Source: an uncultured Gammaproteobacteria bacterium
GTDB lineage: Bacteria; Pseudomonadota; Gammaproteobacteria; Magnimaribacterales; D2472
Direction: 5' to 3'
NCBI GenBank assembly: GCA_964417685.1
Contig: CAYQIT010000001.1
Span: 81,157 to 145,156, forward strand
DNA length: 64,000 nt
Positions within the stretch are counted from its first letter, which is position 1. Every line of letters begins with the position of its first letter. Below the pieces are notes generated by a model. That model saw only the letters and a list, made by a program, of their open reading frames with translations. It searched no databases and was not told the DNA's origin. Positions 49,059 through 59,334 of this stretch are shown in pieces. Position numbers and translations under genes: made by a program.

Positions 49059-49726
49059 AGCTGCATTAACCCTCTTTTATCTAAGATATATTTTCTATCT
49101 AGAATATTCACAAAATCATTATCGTGAGTAGCAACAACTATTGCAACATCATTTTCATGGCAAAGGTTGATAACTAATTCTTGAATATTTTCCGCATTTT
49201 TTTTATCTAAATTGCCAGTCGGCTCATCAAGGAAAATAAAATCTGGTTTATTGATCATAGCTCTTGCTACAGCCACTCTTTGCTTTTCTCCACCTGAAAG
49301 TTTCCATGGAAGATGATTAACTCTATTAGACAATCCGATTGAATCAACTAACTCTATTACTGTGGTATTAGAATTAGATATATCACCTCTCAATTGAAGA
49401 GGTAGCATGATATTTTCGTATACCGTTAAGTCTTCTAAAAGATGATGATGTTGGTAAACAAACCCAAAATTATTTAGTCTAATTGATGCTTTATCTTTAG
49501 AAGACAGAGTGTCTGTATTGATTTTGTTTAAATGAATTGATCCTGAAGTTTGTTTATCCAATAAAGCTAGTATCTGCAATAATGTTGATTTCCCTGAACC
49601 AGAGGCTCCTGTTATGGCTATTGTTTCTCCTTTATTGATATCAAGATTGATATCTTTAAGCACTTTAATTTCATAATCTTCAATAACGAAGTTCTTAGAA
49701 ATATTATTGGCGATAAGTTTACTCAT
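49055..49726 (-). CDS. lolD: lipoprotein-releasing system ATP-binding protein
   Basis: Walker [10 protein letters not shown], signature [14 protein letters not shown], Walker [10 protein letters not shown]. Overlaps the upstream permease gene. Confidence 0.85.
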   Translation of the reverse strand: MSKLIANNISKNFVIEDYEIKVLKDINLDINKGETIAITGASGSGKSTLLQILALLDKQTSGSIHLNKINTDTLSSKDKASIRLNNFGFVYQHHHLLEDLTVYENIMLPLQLRGDISNSNTTVIELVDSIGLSNRVNHLPWKLSGGEKQRVAVARAMINKPDFIFLDEPTGNLDKKNAENIQELVINLCHENDVAIVVATHDNDFVNILDRKYILDKRGLMQL

Positions 49727-50966
49727 GTCTCAATATCTCAATTGGATCCAGTCGATTTACTCTCATTGCAGGTATCAATGATGATAAGAGACTAAATATA
49801 AATGAAATAAAACATATCCATATAATTTGATATGCATCAAAATGATATGGAAAATAATTTATAAAGTATGCGTCTAACATCCCTCTATTATTTATTGTTT
49901 CAAGTAATGCAACTAATGAATCTAAATTTATTGTAACAACTAGACCCAAAATCAACCCAAAGAGTATCCCAATTGAACTTACTAAAATACCTTGGAAAAG
50001 AAAAATTTTTACTAATTGAGAGTTATTTGCCCCAATTGTTTTAAGAATACCAATTTCTCTTTCCTTGGATTTAACAGTCATTATTATGGTTGATAAAACT
50101 AAGATAGAAGCAACTCCAATTATTAAAAATAACATTAAGCCAATTAATATTTTTTCAAATTTTATTGCTTCAAATAAAGTCCCATGCGTGCTTTTCCATG
50201 TAACGACTTCAAAATAATTATTGCTTACAAGATTATCCTCTATTGAATAGAATGCATCTCTTGCTATTTTGTCAGCCATAAATAAGTCATCAGTTTTAAG
50301 TCTAATAGAATAAGTTGACGAACTATCAATTATTTTAATTTTTTGAGCAAGAGAATGAGATATCAAAACAAGAGCCTGGTCTAACTCTGATCTTAATTCA
50401 TACAAACCAACAACCTTTAATTTTATTGATTGTGGAAATGAACCGAGAAGAGTTGTCTTAATATCCGAAGTTGTTATTGATACAGAATCACCTATATTGA
50501 TATTAAGGTGTGAAGCAAGCCAACTTCCAATAATTATGGAATTATTTTGTTGCAGATCCTTGATATCACCAACGAGCATATTATCTGGAAGTATGGATAT
50601 TGATGATTCTAGGACTTCATCAATACCAACAATATTTACACCCCTGCTTGATTCATTAGATGAGATTAGACCTTGAAGCTCTATATAAGGCGCTGAACTA
50701 ATAACAGAATCAGATTGATTTAGTTGATCAACAATTAATTCATATTCTTGGATTGGTGTATCAGATTTAATAATTGCATGAGGTACAACACCAAGAATTT
50801 TATTTTGCAGCTCTCTTTCAAATCCATTCATTACAGACATTACAATAATTAAACTGCTAACACCTATAATTAATCCTAGTATTGCTAGAAAAGAAGTAAA
50901 TGAAAAAACTCCTCCTCTGTTAGACCTTAAATATCTAAAAGCTAAATTTAAGGAGAGAGAAGACAC
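49719..50966 (-). CDS. lolC: lipoprotein-releasing system permease, LolC/LolE family (possibly a single LolF-type subunit)
   Basis: GTG start. N-terminus LNLAFRYLRS, MacB-like periplasmic domain and FtsX-type C-terminal TM bundle. 415 aa. Confidence 0.85.
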   Translation of the reverse strand: MSSLSLNLAFRYLRSNRGGVFSFTSFLAILGLIIGVSSLIIVMSVMNGFERELQNKILGVVPHAIIKSDTPIQEYELIVDQLNQSDSVISSAPYIELQGLISSNESSRGVNIVGIDEVLESSISILPDNMLVGDIKDLQQNNSIIIGSWLASHLNINIGDSVSITTSDIKTTLLGSFPQSIKLKVVGLYELRSELDQALVLISHSLAQKIKIIDSSSTYSIRLKTDDLFMADKIARDAFYSIEDNLVSNNYFEVVTWKSTHGTLFEAIKFEKILIGLMLFLIIGVASILVLSTIIMTVKSKEREIGILKTIGANNSQLVKIFLFQGILVSSIGILFGLILGLVVTINLDSLVALLETINNRGMLDAYFINYFPYHFDAYQIIWICFISFIFSLLSSLIPAMRVNRLDPIEILRHE

Positions 50967-50979
50967 AGCAATTGGATGA

Positions 50980-52410
50980 CTATTTAAGAATAGATTTTAC
51001 AAATTTCTCAAAACCTTCTTTATATGGAGGTCTGATTTTATCAAAAGAGAAATCCATCTTAAAACCAACATCTTTAAATACTGCTCTAGGGTTTGAAAAG
51101 TTTTTAAAACCGTCATGTGAATGATAACGACCCATTCCAGATGGCCCAACACCTCCAAAAGGTAAGTCTTTTTGTTGGATATGGCCAACGACATTATTAA
51201 TGGTCACACCACCTGAAGATGTGTTATTTAAAACATTTTCTTGCTCATCTGTATTATTACCAAAGTAATATAAACCTAATGGTCGATCTTTTTTATTAAT
51301 AGTCTTTATTGCCTCATCAACATCATCAAACTCAACAACCGGTAATACTGGTCCAAAGATTTCTTCATGCATTACATTCATATCTTCAGTAGTATTCGTA
51401 ATTATTGTTGGAGGTACTTTATAGAATTCTTGCTGGCTAAAGTCTTCACCAGCAGGATTGATTTGATTTATATCTGCACCTTTTTCTTTAGCATCATCAA
51501 TTAAAGAATTAATTCTGTCAAAATGCCTTTCATTGATTATTGATGTGTAATCATCATTATCTTTAATGGTTGGATAGAATTCTTTAATAGCCTCTTCAGA
51601 ATATTTGATAAATTCATCTTTTTTACTTTTATGAATGAGCACATAATCAGGAGCTAAACAAATCTGACCAGCGTTCATTGTCTTTCCGAACATGATTCTT
51701 TTTGCCGAAACTTTCATATCAGCCCCTTCACTTATAACAACAGGTGACTTGCCACCAAGCTCCAAAGTAACAGGTACTAAATTTTGAGATGCTGCATTCA
51801 TAACATGTTTGCCAACATTACCACTCCCTGTATAAAGCAAATGATCGAAATGAAGTTTTGAGAATGCTGCTCCTACTTCAGGCCCACCTAAAAAGGTAGC
51901 AAACTCAGACTCATCGTAATACGAATCACACAAAGACTTCATAAGGTTAGAAGTTTCAGGTGTTAATTCACTTGGCTTATGCATTACCTGATTACCTGCT
52001 GCAAATATTGCAGCAAGTGGCCCAAAAGCAAGATTGACTGGAAAATTCCAGGGTGAGATCATACCAACAGTTCCCAGAGGTTCGTATCTTATGTATGACT
52101 TGGCACCTAATAGACCAAATGGAAAATTACTTGAACGTTTTTCTTTTTTTGTCCATTTTTTAATATTAGATATTGCATGATTTATTTCCGGGATGATTGT
52201 GTATACATCAGTCATTAATGAAGCATTCTTTGATCTATTACCAAAATCTGAATTTAATGCATCAATAAAGTCATATCTATTTTCTTCAACTAAAGTTTTC
52301 AGTCTATTTAATCTATCAACTCTTAATTCAATTGAAGGTACTCCATCATCAATAAAAGTCTTTTTTTGCAAGTTAAGTGTTTGTTGCATTTTTTCATAAA
52401 TATTATCCAT
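50980..52410 (-). CDS. NAD(P)-dependent aldehyde dehydrogenase (ALDH3 / coniferyl-aldehyde dehydrogenase-like)
   Basis: Motifs ELGGKSP, catalytic Cys in AGQICLAPDY, and EEIFGPVLP. Confidence 0.85.
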   Translation of the reverse strand: MDNIYEKMQQTLNLQKKTFIDDGVPSIELRVDRLNRLKTLVEENRYDFIDALNSDFGNRSKNASLMTDVYTIIPEINHAISNIKKWTKKEKRSSNFPFGLLGAKSYIRYEPLGTVGMISPWNFPVNLAFGPLAAIFAAGNQVMHKPSELTPETSNLMKSLCDSYYDESEFATFLGGPEVGAAFSKLHFDHLLYTGSGNVGKHVMNAASQNLVPVTLELGGKSPVVISEGADMKVSAKRIMFGKTMNAGQICLAPDYVLIHKSKKDEFIKYSEEAIKEFYPTIKDNDDYTSIINERHFDRINSLIDDAKEKGADINQINPAGEDFSQQEFYKVPPTIITNTTEDMNVMHEEIFGPVLPVVEFDDVDEAIKTINKKDRPLGLYYFGNNTDEQENVLNNTSSGGVTINNVVGHIQQKDLPFGGVGPSGMGRYHSHDGFKNFSNPRAVFKDVGFKMDFSFDKIRPPYKEGFEKFVKSILK

Positions 52411-52418
52411 TATTCCCC

Positions 52419-53288
52419 CTATGCTCTATCAGCTTTATCTTTGTTATTAGATGACCTTATCATAGTGCGCATCTGTTCCCAATCGTCATCAGATAATTTG
52501 TCTAATGCAGAAAATGTTCCGCCCCCAGTTAAATATTGGGCTCCATCAATTCCAATTGTTTGACCTGTTAGATAGTCACAGCCATCTGCCATGAGAAAAG
52601 TTGCCAAATTTTGAAGCTCAACCATTTCACCAACTCGCCCAAGTGGAACACTTCCCATTGAGCCTTCATCATTTCCACCAGGATTTAACCTATCCCAAGC
52701 ACCTTTCGTTGGAAAAGGGCCAGGTGCAATTGCGTTAACTTTAATATTATATTTACCCCACTCTGCTGCTAATGATTGCGTCATTGCATTAAGTCCTGAT
52801 TTTGACATTGCAGAGGGAACTACATATGGTGAACCTGTCCACACCCATGTAGTTAAAATAGAGATTATTGAGCCTTTATGCCCTGATTCTATCCATCTTC
52901 TGCCAACCGAATGAGTTATATAGAAAGTTCCATGAAAGACAATATTTGCTATTGCATCAAAACCTTTATGGGATAAATCTTTGGTGGGTGAAATAAAATT
53001 GCCAGCAGCATTGTTAACTAGTCCATCTAATGGACCCTCCTCAAATATTCTTTCAATATAGTCATCAACATCTTTTGACGCCCTTATATCAAGAGTTTCA
53101 AAATGTACCTTGGCATTAAACTTCTCTTTAAGCTCGTTTGCGGTCTCTTCTAATACATTAAGCCTTCTTCCACATATATAAAGCTCAGCTCCATGCTCGG
53201 CATAGTGTGACGCCATCTCTTTACCAAGTCCCGTTCCACCACCTGTAACTAATATTCTTTTATTTTTTAATAAATCTTTTTTAAACAT
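52419..53288 (-). CDS. SDR-family oxidoreductase, 2,4-dienoyl-CoA reductase-like
   Basis: Rossmann motif VTGGGTGLGK, an NAAGNF segment, and an SAMSK catalytic region. Confidence 0.8.
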   Translation of the reverse strand: MFKKDLLKNKRILVTGGGTGLGKEMASHYAEHGAELYICGRRLNVLEETANELKEKFNAKVHFETLDIRASKDVDDYIERIFEEGPLDGLVNNAAGNFISPTKDLSHKGFDAIANIVFHGTFYITHSVGRRWIESGHKGSIISILTTWVWTGSPYVVPSAMSKSGLNAMTQSLAAEWGKYNIKVNAIAPGPFPTKGAWDRLNPGGNDEGSMGSVPLGRVGEMVELQNLATFLMADGCDYLTGQTIGIDGAQYLTGGGTFSALDKLSDDDWEQMRTMIRSSNNKDKADRA

Positions 53289-53290
53289 AT

Positions 53291-54310
53291 CTATTTTTTA
53301 TAATTATTTAATTCTGCTATATCAATTATTGCTTCAGCCCACTTATTAGAATAATTCAATGATGGAACATAGTCCAAAATTTGACCTCCAGCATCTTGAA
53401 AAATTTCTTGATATTCATCACCAATTTCATAAATCGTCTCTAAACAATCAGCTGTAAAAGCCGGCGAAAACACCAATACTTTGTTTTTATTTTCACTTGG
53501 TAATCTTTCCAGAACTTTGTCAGTAAAAGGATCCAACCAATTATTAGTTAATCTAGATTGAAATGTAACTTCATAATCATTTTGATTAATACCCAACTCT
53601 GCAGCTATAAGCTTTGTTGTTTCATAGACTGTTGCCTTGTAACAAAATTTATTTTTATCATTTATTCCTAGCTCGCAATCATTATCAGAGCATAATGAAT
53701 CTGGATACACATCATCAACATGGCTATTTGGAACCCCATGGTAGCTAAATATAATTTTGTCGTATGACTTAAGATCAAATGATGAAGCTTTTTCTACCCA
53801 AGCATCAATAAATTTTCTATTGTCATAATATTGATTAATATATGTAACTTTTGGGATTACCCACTTATTAGCTAAGCATTTAGATACTTCTTTAAAAACA
53901 GACCCTGTAGTAGCTGCAGCATAGTGAGGAAACAAAGGAAGTACAATTATCTCGTCAGGATTCTTTAATAAAATTTTCTCAAGCTCATTTCTGATTGAAG
54001 GTGATTGATATCTCATTGCATAGTGAACATCAATACCCTCAAGTCTAGAATCAACTTTTTCGGCCAACATTTTGGTATTAAAAAGAAGCGGTGAACCATT
54101 AATAGAGTCCCATACTTTTTTATAAATCTTTGATGATGAAAATGATCTAGATGGACAAATTATAAAGTTAACAAGAAAAAATCTAAGGATGGGATTTATA
54201 TTCAATACCTTTTCATCGGACAAAAACTGCCTTAAGTATTTAAATACATGAAAATATGAAGGACTATCAGGCGTTCCTAAATTAATAATTAATAAAGCTT
54301 TTTTTGTCAT
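53291..54310 (-). CDS. hemH: ferrochelatase
   Basis: LINLGTPDSP and FSYHGVP motifs. 339 aa. Confidence 0.9.
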   Translation of the reverse strand: MTKKALLIINLGTPDSPSYFHVFKYLRQFLSDEKVLNINPILRFFLVNFIICPSRSFSSSKIYKKVWDSINGSPLLFNTKMLAEKVDSRLEGIDVHYAMRYQSPSIRNELEKILLKNPDEIIVLPLFPHYAAATTGSVFKEVSKCLANKWVIPKVTYINQYYDNRKFIDAWVEKASSFDLKSYDKIIFSYHGVPNSHVDDVYPDSLCSDNDCELGINDKNKFCYKATVYETTKLIAAELGINQNDYEVTFQSRLTNNWLDPFTDKVLERLPSENKNKVLVFSPAFTADCLETIYEIGDEYQEIFQDAGGQILDYVPSLNYSNKWAEAIIDIAELNNYKK

Positions 54311-55497
54311 TATTGTTGTGAGTTCTTAAAAATTGGCACTATTAGTATGAATATTATTATAACTATAGATAGAAAAGCATTAAATAAATATAAGAATGAT
54401 GGATTCAATGCGTATATAGGCATGGCTACTATTGGTGTGAGCATGTGCCCAATTGGATACACTGAACCAAGATATCCTGCTGCTGACCCTTGATTTTCTG
54501 GCAATTGTGATAAAGAAAGAGCAGATGAAATAGCCGGTCGAATCATTCCGCCTCCTAAACCATTCATCATTAACGCCAAATAATAAACTGATATCTTTGG
54601 ATATAAGGCCATAACAAGAAAAGAAAATATTATCAATAAAGTACCGTATAACAGTAATTTAAAGTTATTTAATGGAAATGCATCCGTAAATAAATACTGG
54701 CTAACAATTGTTGAGATTGAAAGAATTGCAAAGCTAAAACTTACAATTATCGGCAAATCATCCATGCTGCTGAACATATCAAAAATATAAAATCCAATTG
54801 ACTGCAATAACGAAGCTTGAGATAAGCTTGCTATTGAGGCAACAAATAGAAATGGCCATATTGATGATGACTTCCATGAAACTTTTTTTACTATTTCTTC
54901 AGATTTTTTATGAATACTTGTATTTTTAAGATTTAAATAAATACCAACTGATGCAATCATCGACATGAAGCTAAATACATAAAAAGGTGTTTCTTTTGTA
55001 ATAAGTATTAAAAAGCCTCCGAATAAAGGGCCTGCTACTGTACCAAGTAAGAAACTTGACTCTAATCGAGCAAACTTAACTGTTCGTTTGTCGTGGGTAC
55101 TATTATCTGCAATATAGGCAAAAGCGGCTGGTCTTGTGGCTGACCCTACCAATCCATTTAAGAGTCTTCCCATAATCAATAAAGGAAAAAGGAAAGTAAC
55201 ATCTAAGATATTCCTCTCTACAAGAAATAATGGAGTAATCATAGCTATAAGTGATAATGAATATCCAAGCAGTCCCAGAATAGCTATATTTCTTCTACCA
55301 TATTTATCGCTAGCCCTACCCCAAGATGCACTAGTTAAAGCCCAAGCAATAGCTGATATAGCAAATATGAGTGATGTTTGAACTTCAGTAAGTCCTAAAT
55401 CTCGGGCTAATGGTGGGACTATTACAAAAACAAATGATTGGCCTAAACCAACAGTAAATAAGCCAAATTTAAGCCAAGACGAACCTTTGTTGGTCAT
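54310..55497 (-). CDS. MFS transporter (DHA1-like)
   Basis: 12-TM-type sequence with the MFS loop motif GRASDKYGRR. Confidence 0.75.
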   Translation of the reverse strand: MTNKGSSWLKFGLFTVGLGQSFVFVIVPPLARDLGLTEVQTSLIFAISAIAWALTSASWGRASDKYGRRNIAILGLLGYSLSLIAMITPLFLVERNILDVTFLFPLLIMGRLLNGLVGSATRPAAFAYIADNSTHDKRTVKFARLESSFLLGTVAGPLFGGFLILITKETPFYVFSFMSMIASVGIYLNLKNTSIHKKSEEIVKKVSWKSSSIWPFLFVASIASLSQASLLQSIGFYIFDMFSSMDDLPIIVSFSFAILSISTIVSQYLFTDAFPLNNFKLLLYGTLLIIFSFLVMALYPKISVYYLALMMNGLGGGMIRPAISSALSLSQLPENQGSAAGYLGSVYPIGHMLTPIVAMPIYALNPSFLYLFNAFLSIVIIIFILIVPIFKNSQQ

Positions 55498-56489
55498 TAG
55501 GATATACTTTTAATCCCAATTGAATCTCTTACCTTCTCCAATAGCTCTTGTGCTTGAGGTCTTACCTTTTCGGCTCCTGATAACAAAAGTTCATTAATCA
55601 GATTCACGTCAGCATCAAGTTCAAAGTATTTTTCTCTTATTGGAGATAGATGGTTGTTAACTTTTTCAAATAATTTATTTTTAGCATCACCCCATGAAAT
55701 ACCTTCTTTGTATGCTTGTTGCAAGGATTCTTGCTCATCACTAGTAGAGAAATGCGTGTATAAAGAAAAAACCGTACATGACTCATATTCCTTCGGCTCA
55801 CCTGGCTCTAATGAGTTTGTGATAATTTTTGCTATAGATTTTTTAAGAGCCTTTTCAGTTGATAATAGTGGGATAATGTTTTTATAGGATTTGCTCATTT
55901 TTCTACCATCTTGACCAAGAATAATGTCATCAGCCTTTTGAGTAATTGCTTCAGGCGTTGAAAATGTTTTCTTATAAATATGGTTAAATCTTCCGGCTAT
56001 ATCTCTTGTCATTTCAAGATGCTGAATTTGATCAGGACCAACAGGCACGTGAGTAGCATTAAACATAAGGATATCTGCTGCCATAAGAACTGGGTATGCA
56101 AATAAACCCATTGTTATACCTTTATCCTCATCAGTTTCATTTAATGCGGTTGCTGCTTTGTAAGCATGAGACCTATTCATCAAGCCTTTTGCTGTTACAC
56201 AGTTCAAAATCCAGCTTAATTCCAAAATCTCAGGAACATCAGATTGTCTATAAAAATTTGATTTTTCAGGATCTAAACCTGAAGCTAGCCATGCTTGTGC
56301 AACACTTTTAACTGAGTCTTGTATTTCTGAAGAGTTAGAATTTTTTATAATTGCATGATAATCAGCTAAGAAAAAATAAGATTCATCAAATTCTTTAGAT
56401 AAATTAATCGCAGGTTTAATAGCGCCCAAATAATTTCCTATATGGGGAGTTCCAGTTGTCGTAATTCCTGTTAAAATTCGCTTACTCAT
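55497..56489 (-). CDS. trpS: tryptophan--tRNA ligase
   Basis: HIGH-type motif TPHIGNYLG and KMSKS. 330 aa. Confidence 0.93.
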   Translation of the reverse strand: MSKRILTGITTTGTPHIGNYLGAIKPAINLSKEFDESYFFLADYHAIIKNSNSSEIQDSVKSVAQAWLASGLDPEKSNFYRQSDVPEILELSWILNCVTAKGLMNRSHAYKAATALNETDEDKGITMGLFAYPVLMAADILMFNATHVPVGPDQIQHLEMTRDIAGRFNHIYKKTFSTPEAITQKADDIILGQDGRKMSKSYKNIIPLLSTEKALKKSIAKIITNSLEPGEPKEYESCTVFSLYTHFSTSDEQESLQQAYKEGISWGDAKNKLFEKVNNHLSPIREKYFELDADVNLINELLLSGAEKVRPQAQELLEKVRDSIGIKSIS

Positions 56490-56522
56490 TAAATGTAATT
56501 ATAAACTTCATAAGAGATAAAA

Positions 56523-57941
56523 GTGGAAACTAAACAAGATTTATTCAAACAATTAGAAACTATAGAAATTCTATTTTCCGAAGGCTCAATTAAAAAAGCT
56601 CAAAAGAACTTAAGAGACACTCTTTCGATTTTAAAAAAGGAAAAAAAAGTACCTAATAAGTTAAGGCATAAGGTTAATTTTGTTGTAGCTCAATCTAGAT
56701 ACTTTGATGACATGTCATCATTTGCCGCTAATCCAAAAAGAGAAGCATTGATAAAAGAAATTTCTACTTTAGTTGAATCAAATCATGAGAATCCAAAGTC
56801 ACAAGCTAATGCAATACATGATATTCAAAAAAAGTGGCAACAACTTGATACCTCTAGCCGCCCTGCTTCAAAAGACCAGTGGCTTAAATTTAATGAATTA
56901 ACAAATAAAGCATGGGAACCTTGTAAAGAGTTTTTTGATGAATTAAATAAAGTTAAAGAGCAAAACGCACAAAAAAGATATCAAATCATCAATGAAATTA
57001 ATAGTTATGTTGAAAATAATTCAACAAAATGGCCAGATGCAAAAACTTTAATATTCTATCTTCGTGATAAGTTTAATGAATGGCAAGAGCACGCACCTGT
57101 TCTTGATAAAGATTTAAAAAAACTAAGAAATGATTTTTTTAATGCAAAAAAACCTATCAATGATCAAATTAAAAAACAGGAGAAAGCAGTAATTAAAATT
57201 AAAGAAGATTTAATTGCAAAGGTTAATTTAATAAATGACGAGGATAATGATGTTTGTATTAAAAAATTCAATGACTTAAAAAATGATTGGAAAAAATCAG
57301 GTTCTGCTGGAAGAAAAATTGATAATAAATTATGGGATAAATTTAATAAATCAGCTGATAGATTTTTTACAGCTAAAAAAGAAGTTATTGATGAAGAGAT
57401 TAAGATGGCAAATGACTTGCTTAAGAAACTTAAAAAGAATGAAATATCAGTTGTTGATGTAGAAAACAACATAAAAGAATTAACTAATATTTCTAAAAGC
57501 AAAGAACTCAACGCACTCCGCAATGAAATTAAAGCTCAAAATAATGCTCTTAAATTAGAAAAGAAGAAAAACAAATTAGATGGCTATAAGGCCCTTTTTG
57601 ATGCTTATGCTAATAAAGAATTAGAGGATGAGATGCTTCCAGGTCAAATTGTTAGCAAGATTAAGGATTTAAATGTAAAGAAATCTGATAGTGAGCAAGT
57701 TACGTACTCATGTATTAAGTTAGAAATTATGGCTGGCATAGAATCACTCAAAAAAGATGCTGAGACTAGAAATAAAATCCAACTCGAAATGTTGACTCAA
57801 AAGTTTAATACCTCTAGTACAAACCTAAATACACTTGATTCATTGCTTATTCATTTTTTTAGTCATTTATCTAACAAACCATCAGCTGCAGAAAAAACTC
57901 TTTGGAAAAGAATATCTGCTTCAATAGAAAATTTAATTTAG
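56523..57941 (+). CDS. DUF349 repeat protein (Lys-rich helical)
   Basis: GTG start. Repeated W..FN...D.FF-type units (QWLKFNELTNKAWEPCKEFFDE, LWDKFNKSADRFFTAKKE). Confidence 0.6.
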   Translation: METKQDLFKQLETIEILFSEGSIKKAQKNLRDTLSILKKEKKVPNKLRHKVNFVVAQSRYFDDMSSFAANPKREALIKEISTLVESNHENPKSQANAIHDIQKKWQQLDTSSRPASKDQWLKFNELTNKAWEPCKEFFDELNKVKEQNAQKRYQIINEINSYVENNSTKWPDAKTLIFYLRDKFNEWQEHAPVLDKDLKKLRNDFFNAKKPINDQIKKQEKAVIKIKEDLIAKVNLINDEDNDVCIKKFNDLKNDWKKSGSAGRKIDNKLWDKFNKSADRFFTAKKEVIDEEIKMANDLLKKLKKNEISVVDVENNIKELTNISKSKELNALRNEIKAQNNALKLEKKKNKLDGYKALFDAYANKELEDEMLPGQIVSKIKDLNVKKSDSEQVTYSCIKLEIMAGIESLKKDAETRNKIQLEMLTQKFNTSSTNLNTLDSLLIHFFSHLSNKPSAAEKTLWKRISASIENLI

Positions 57942-59332
57942 TTTCTTTGTTCTATTTGCTTGAGAATGGATTGATGTCTTTTCTTGTCTAATTTATAGAA
58001 ATAAAAAATCATTAAAGGTATTGCAAGAAGTATTGGACCAATAACACCTTGTACAAAAAACAATGAGTAGGTTTGCTCATAGGTGGGATCATCCTTTGGG
58101 TATTCAATAATTTTAAGAACAAGACCTGCTGTGAAGCCTCCTATAGCTGTATTTACTTTTTGAATAAACGAAACGGCTGAATAGAGCACCCCCTCTTGAC
58201 GCTTACCACTTTGTAACTCAACTTCATCTGCTATATCACCTATCATTGAATCTCGTGTCATATTTCCCATAACAGATAAAGAAGAAATAAAAACAAGAGG
58301 AACTGATAGAAAGAATACTAAGGCAAGAGAACCTTTTGGTGGTGTTATACCAAGGTTATAAGAAATAAATGCAATGGGGCTAAAAAAAGCAACTCCAAAA
58401 ATACACAACATAACTAAAGTCTTCTTATCAAGCAGCTTTACAAGCCTTGGAGTTAAGTAGAATGCAAGAAATGTTGAGGTAATATAAATAAATAAAAAAA
58501 TTGTAATTAAGTTAGCAGGAAGACCCCAGAAATCTGTATTAATGTATAAAGCCAAGCTATTAGATAGCCCCCAAGCTATTGATAAGGTTAGATTCCCAGC
58601 AAAAAATATTAAAAAAGATCTATTAGAAAGAGCAATGGAAATTTCTTTAAATATATCTAATAAAGAAATCCTTCCAGACCATTTTGATAATTGATTAATG
58701 TATTTTGTAGTAGTAAAGCTTGAGTAAAGAATACCAAATGCCATAAAAAACCCACCAGTTATAGCAAATGGGAACCATACCTCTGGATTTAGTTGACCAT
58801 ATGAATACTCTGGGGTTGAACGGAAAAAGATAAAATAACCAAGAAAAGCATTACCAATTGCAGCCACCCATGTAACCATTTCCCTCCATGAAAAAAGTAG
58901 TGTTCTCTCCTGATAGTCTTTAGTTATTTCAGCCCCAAAAGATCTGTGAGGAACTTCAAATAGGGTCATACCCACTCTTGTTAAAGTAGTACAGACAACC
59001 ATCCAAAGAAATAAGCTAGATTGTGATAAACCCCATTCTGGATTAGGTGTAAACAACAACACATAAAAGATGGATACTGGTATAAAGGAGAAGAACATAT
59101 AAGGGTGTCTTCTTCCAAGCCTTGTATTTGTTCTATCTGAAATCGTTCCCATTAATGGGTCAGTAACTGAATCTACCATTAAAGCTATAAAAATAGCTGA
59201 TCCTGCTAAGAGAGGATCTAAACCTATTACTCGTGAGTAAAAGAATAAAAGGAAAAAAGTAAAAGTATCTGTTTTGATACCATTTGCAATAGCGCCAAGT
59301 GAATAATTAAATTTAAAGCTGTTGGTGAGCAT
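57938..59332 (-). CDS. GPH-family (MelB/glycoside-pentoside-hexuronide type) cation symporter
   Basis: Polytopic, with the GPH loop motif DPLMGTISDRTNTRLGRRHPYM. Confidence 0.75.
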   Translation of the reverse strand: MLTNSFKFNYSLGAIANGIKTDTFTFFLLFFYSRVIGLDPLLAGSAIFIALMVDSVTDPLMGTISDRTNTRLGRRHPYMFFSFIPVSIFYVLLFTPNPEWGLSQSSLFLWMVVCTTLTRVGMTLFEVPHRSFGAEITKDYQERTLLFSWREMVTWVAAIGNAFLGYFIFFRSTPEYSYGQLNPEVWFPFAITGGFFMAFGILYSSFTTTKYINQLSKWSGRISLLDIFKEISIALSNRSFLIFFAGNLTLSIAWGLSNSLALYINTDFWGLPANLITIFLFIYITSTFLAFYLTPRLVKLLDKKTLVMLCIFGVAFFSPIAFISYNLGITPPKGSLALVFFLSVPLVFISSLSVMGNMTRDSMIGDIADEVELQSGKRQEGVLYSAVSFIQKVNTAIGGFTAGLVLKIIEYPKDDPTYEQTYSLFFVQGVIGPILLAIPLMIFYFYKLDKKRHQSILKQIEQRN

Positions 59333-59334
59333 AT

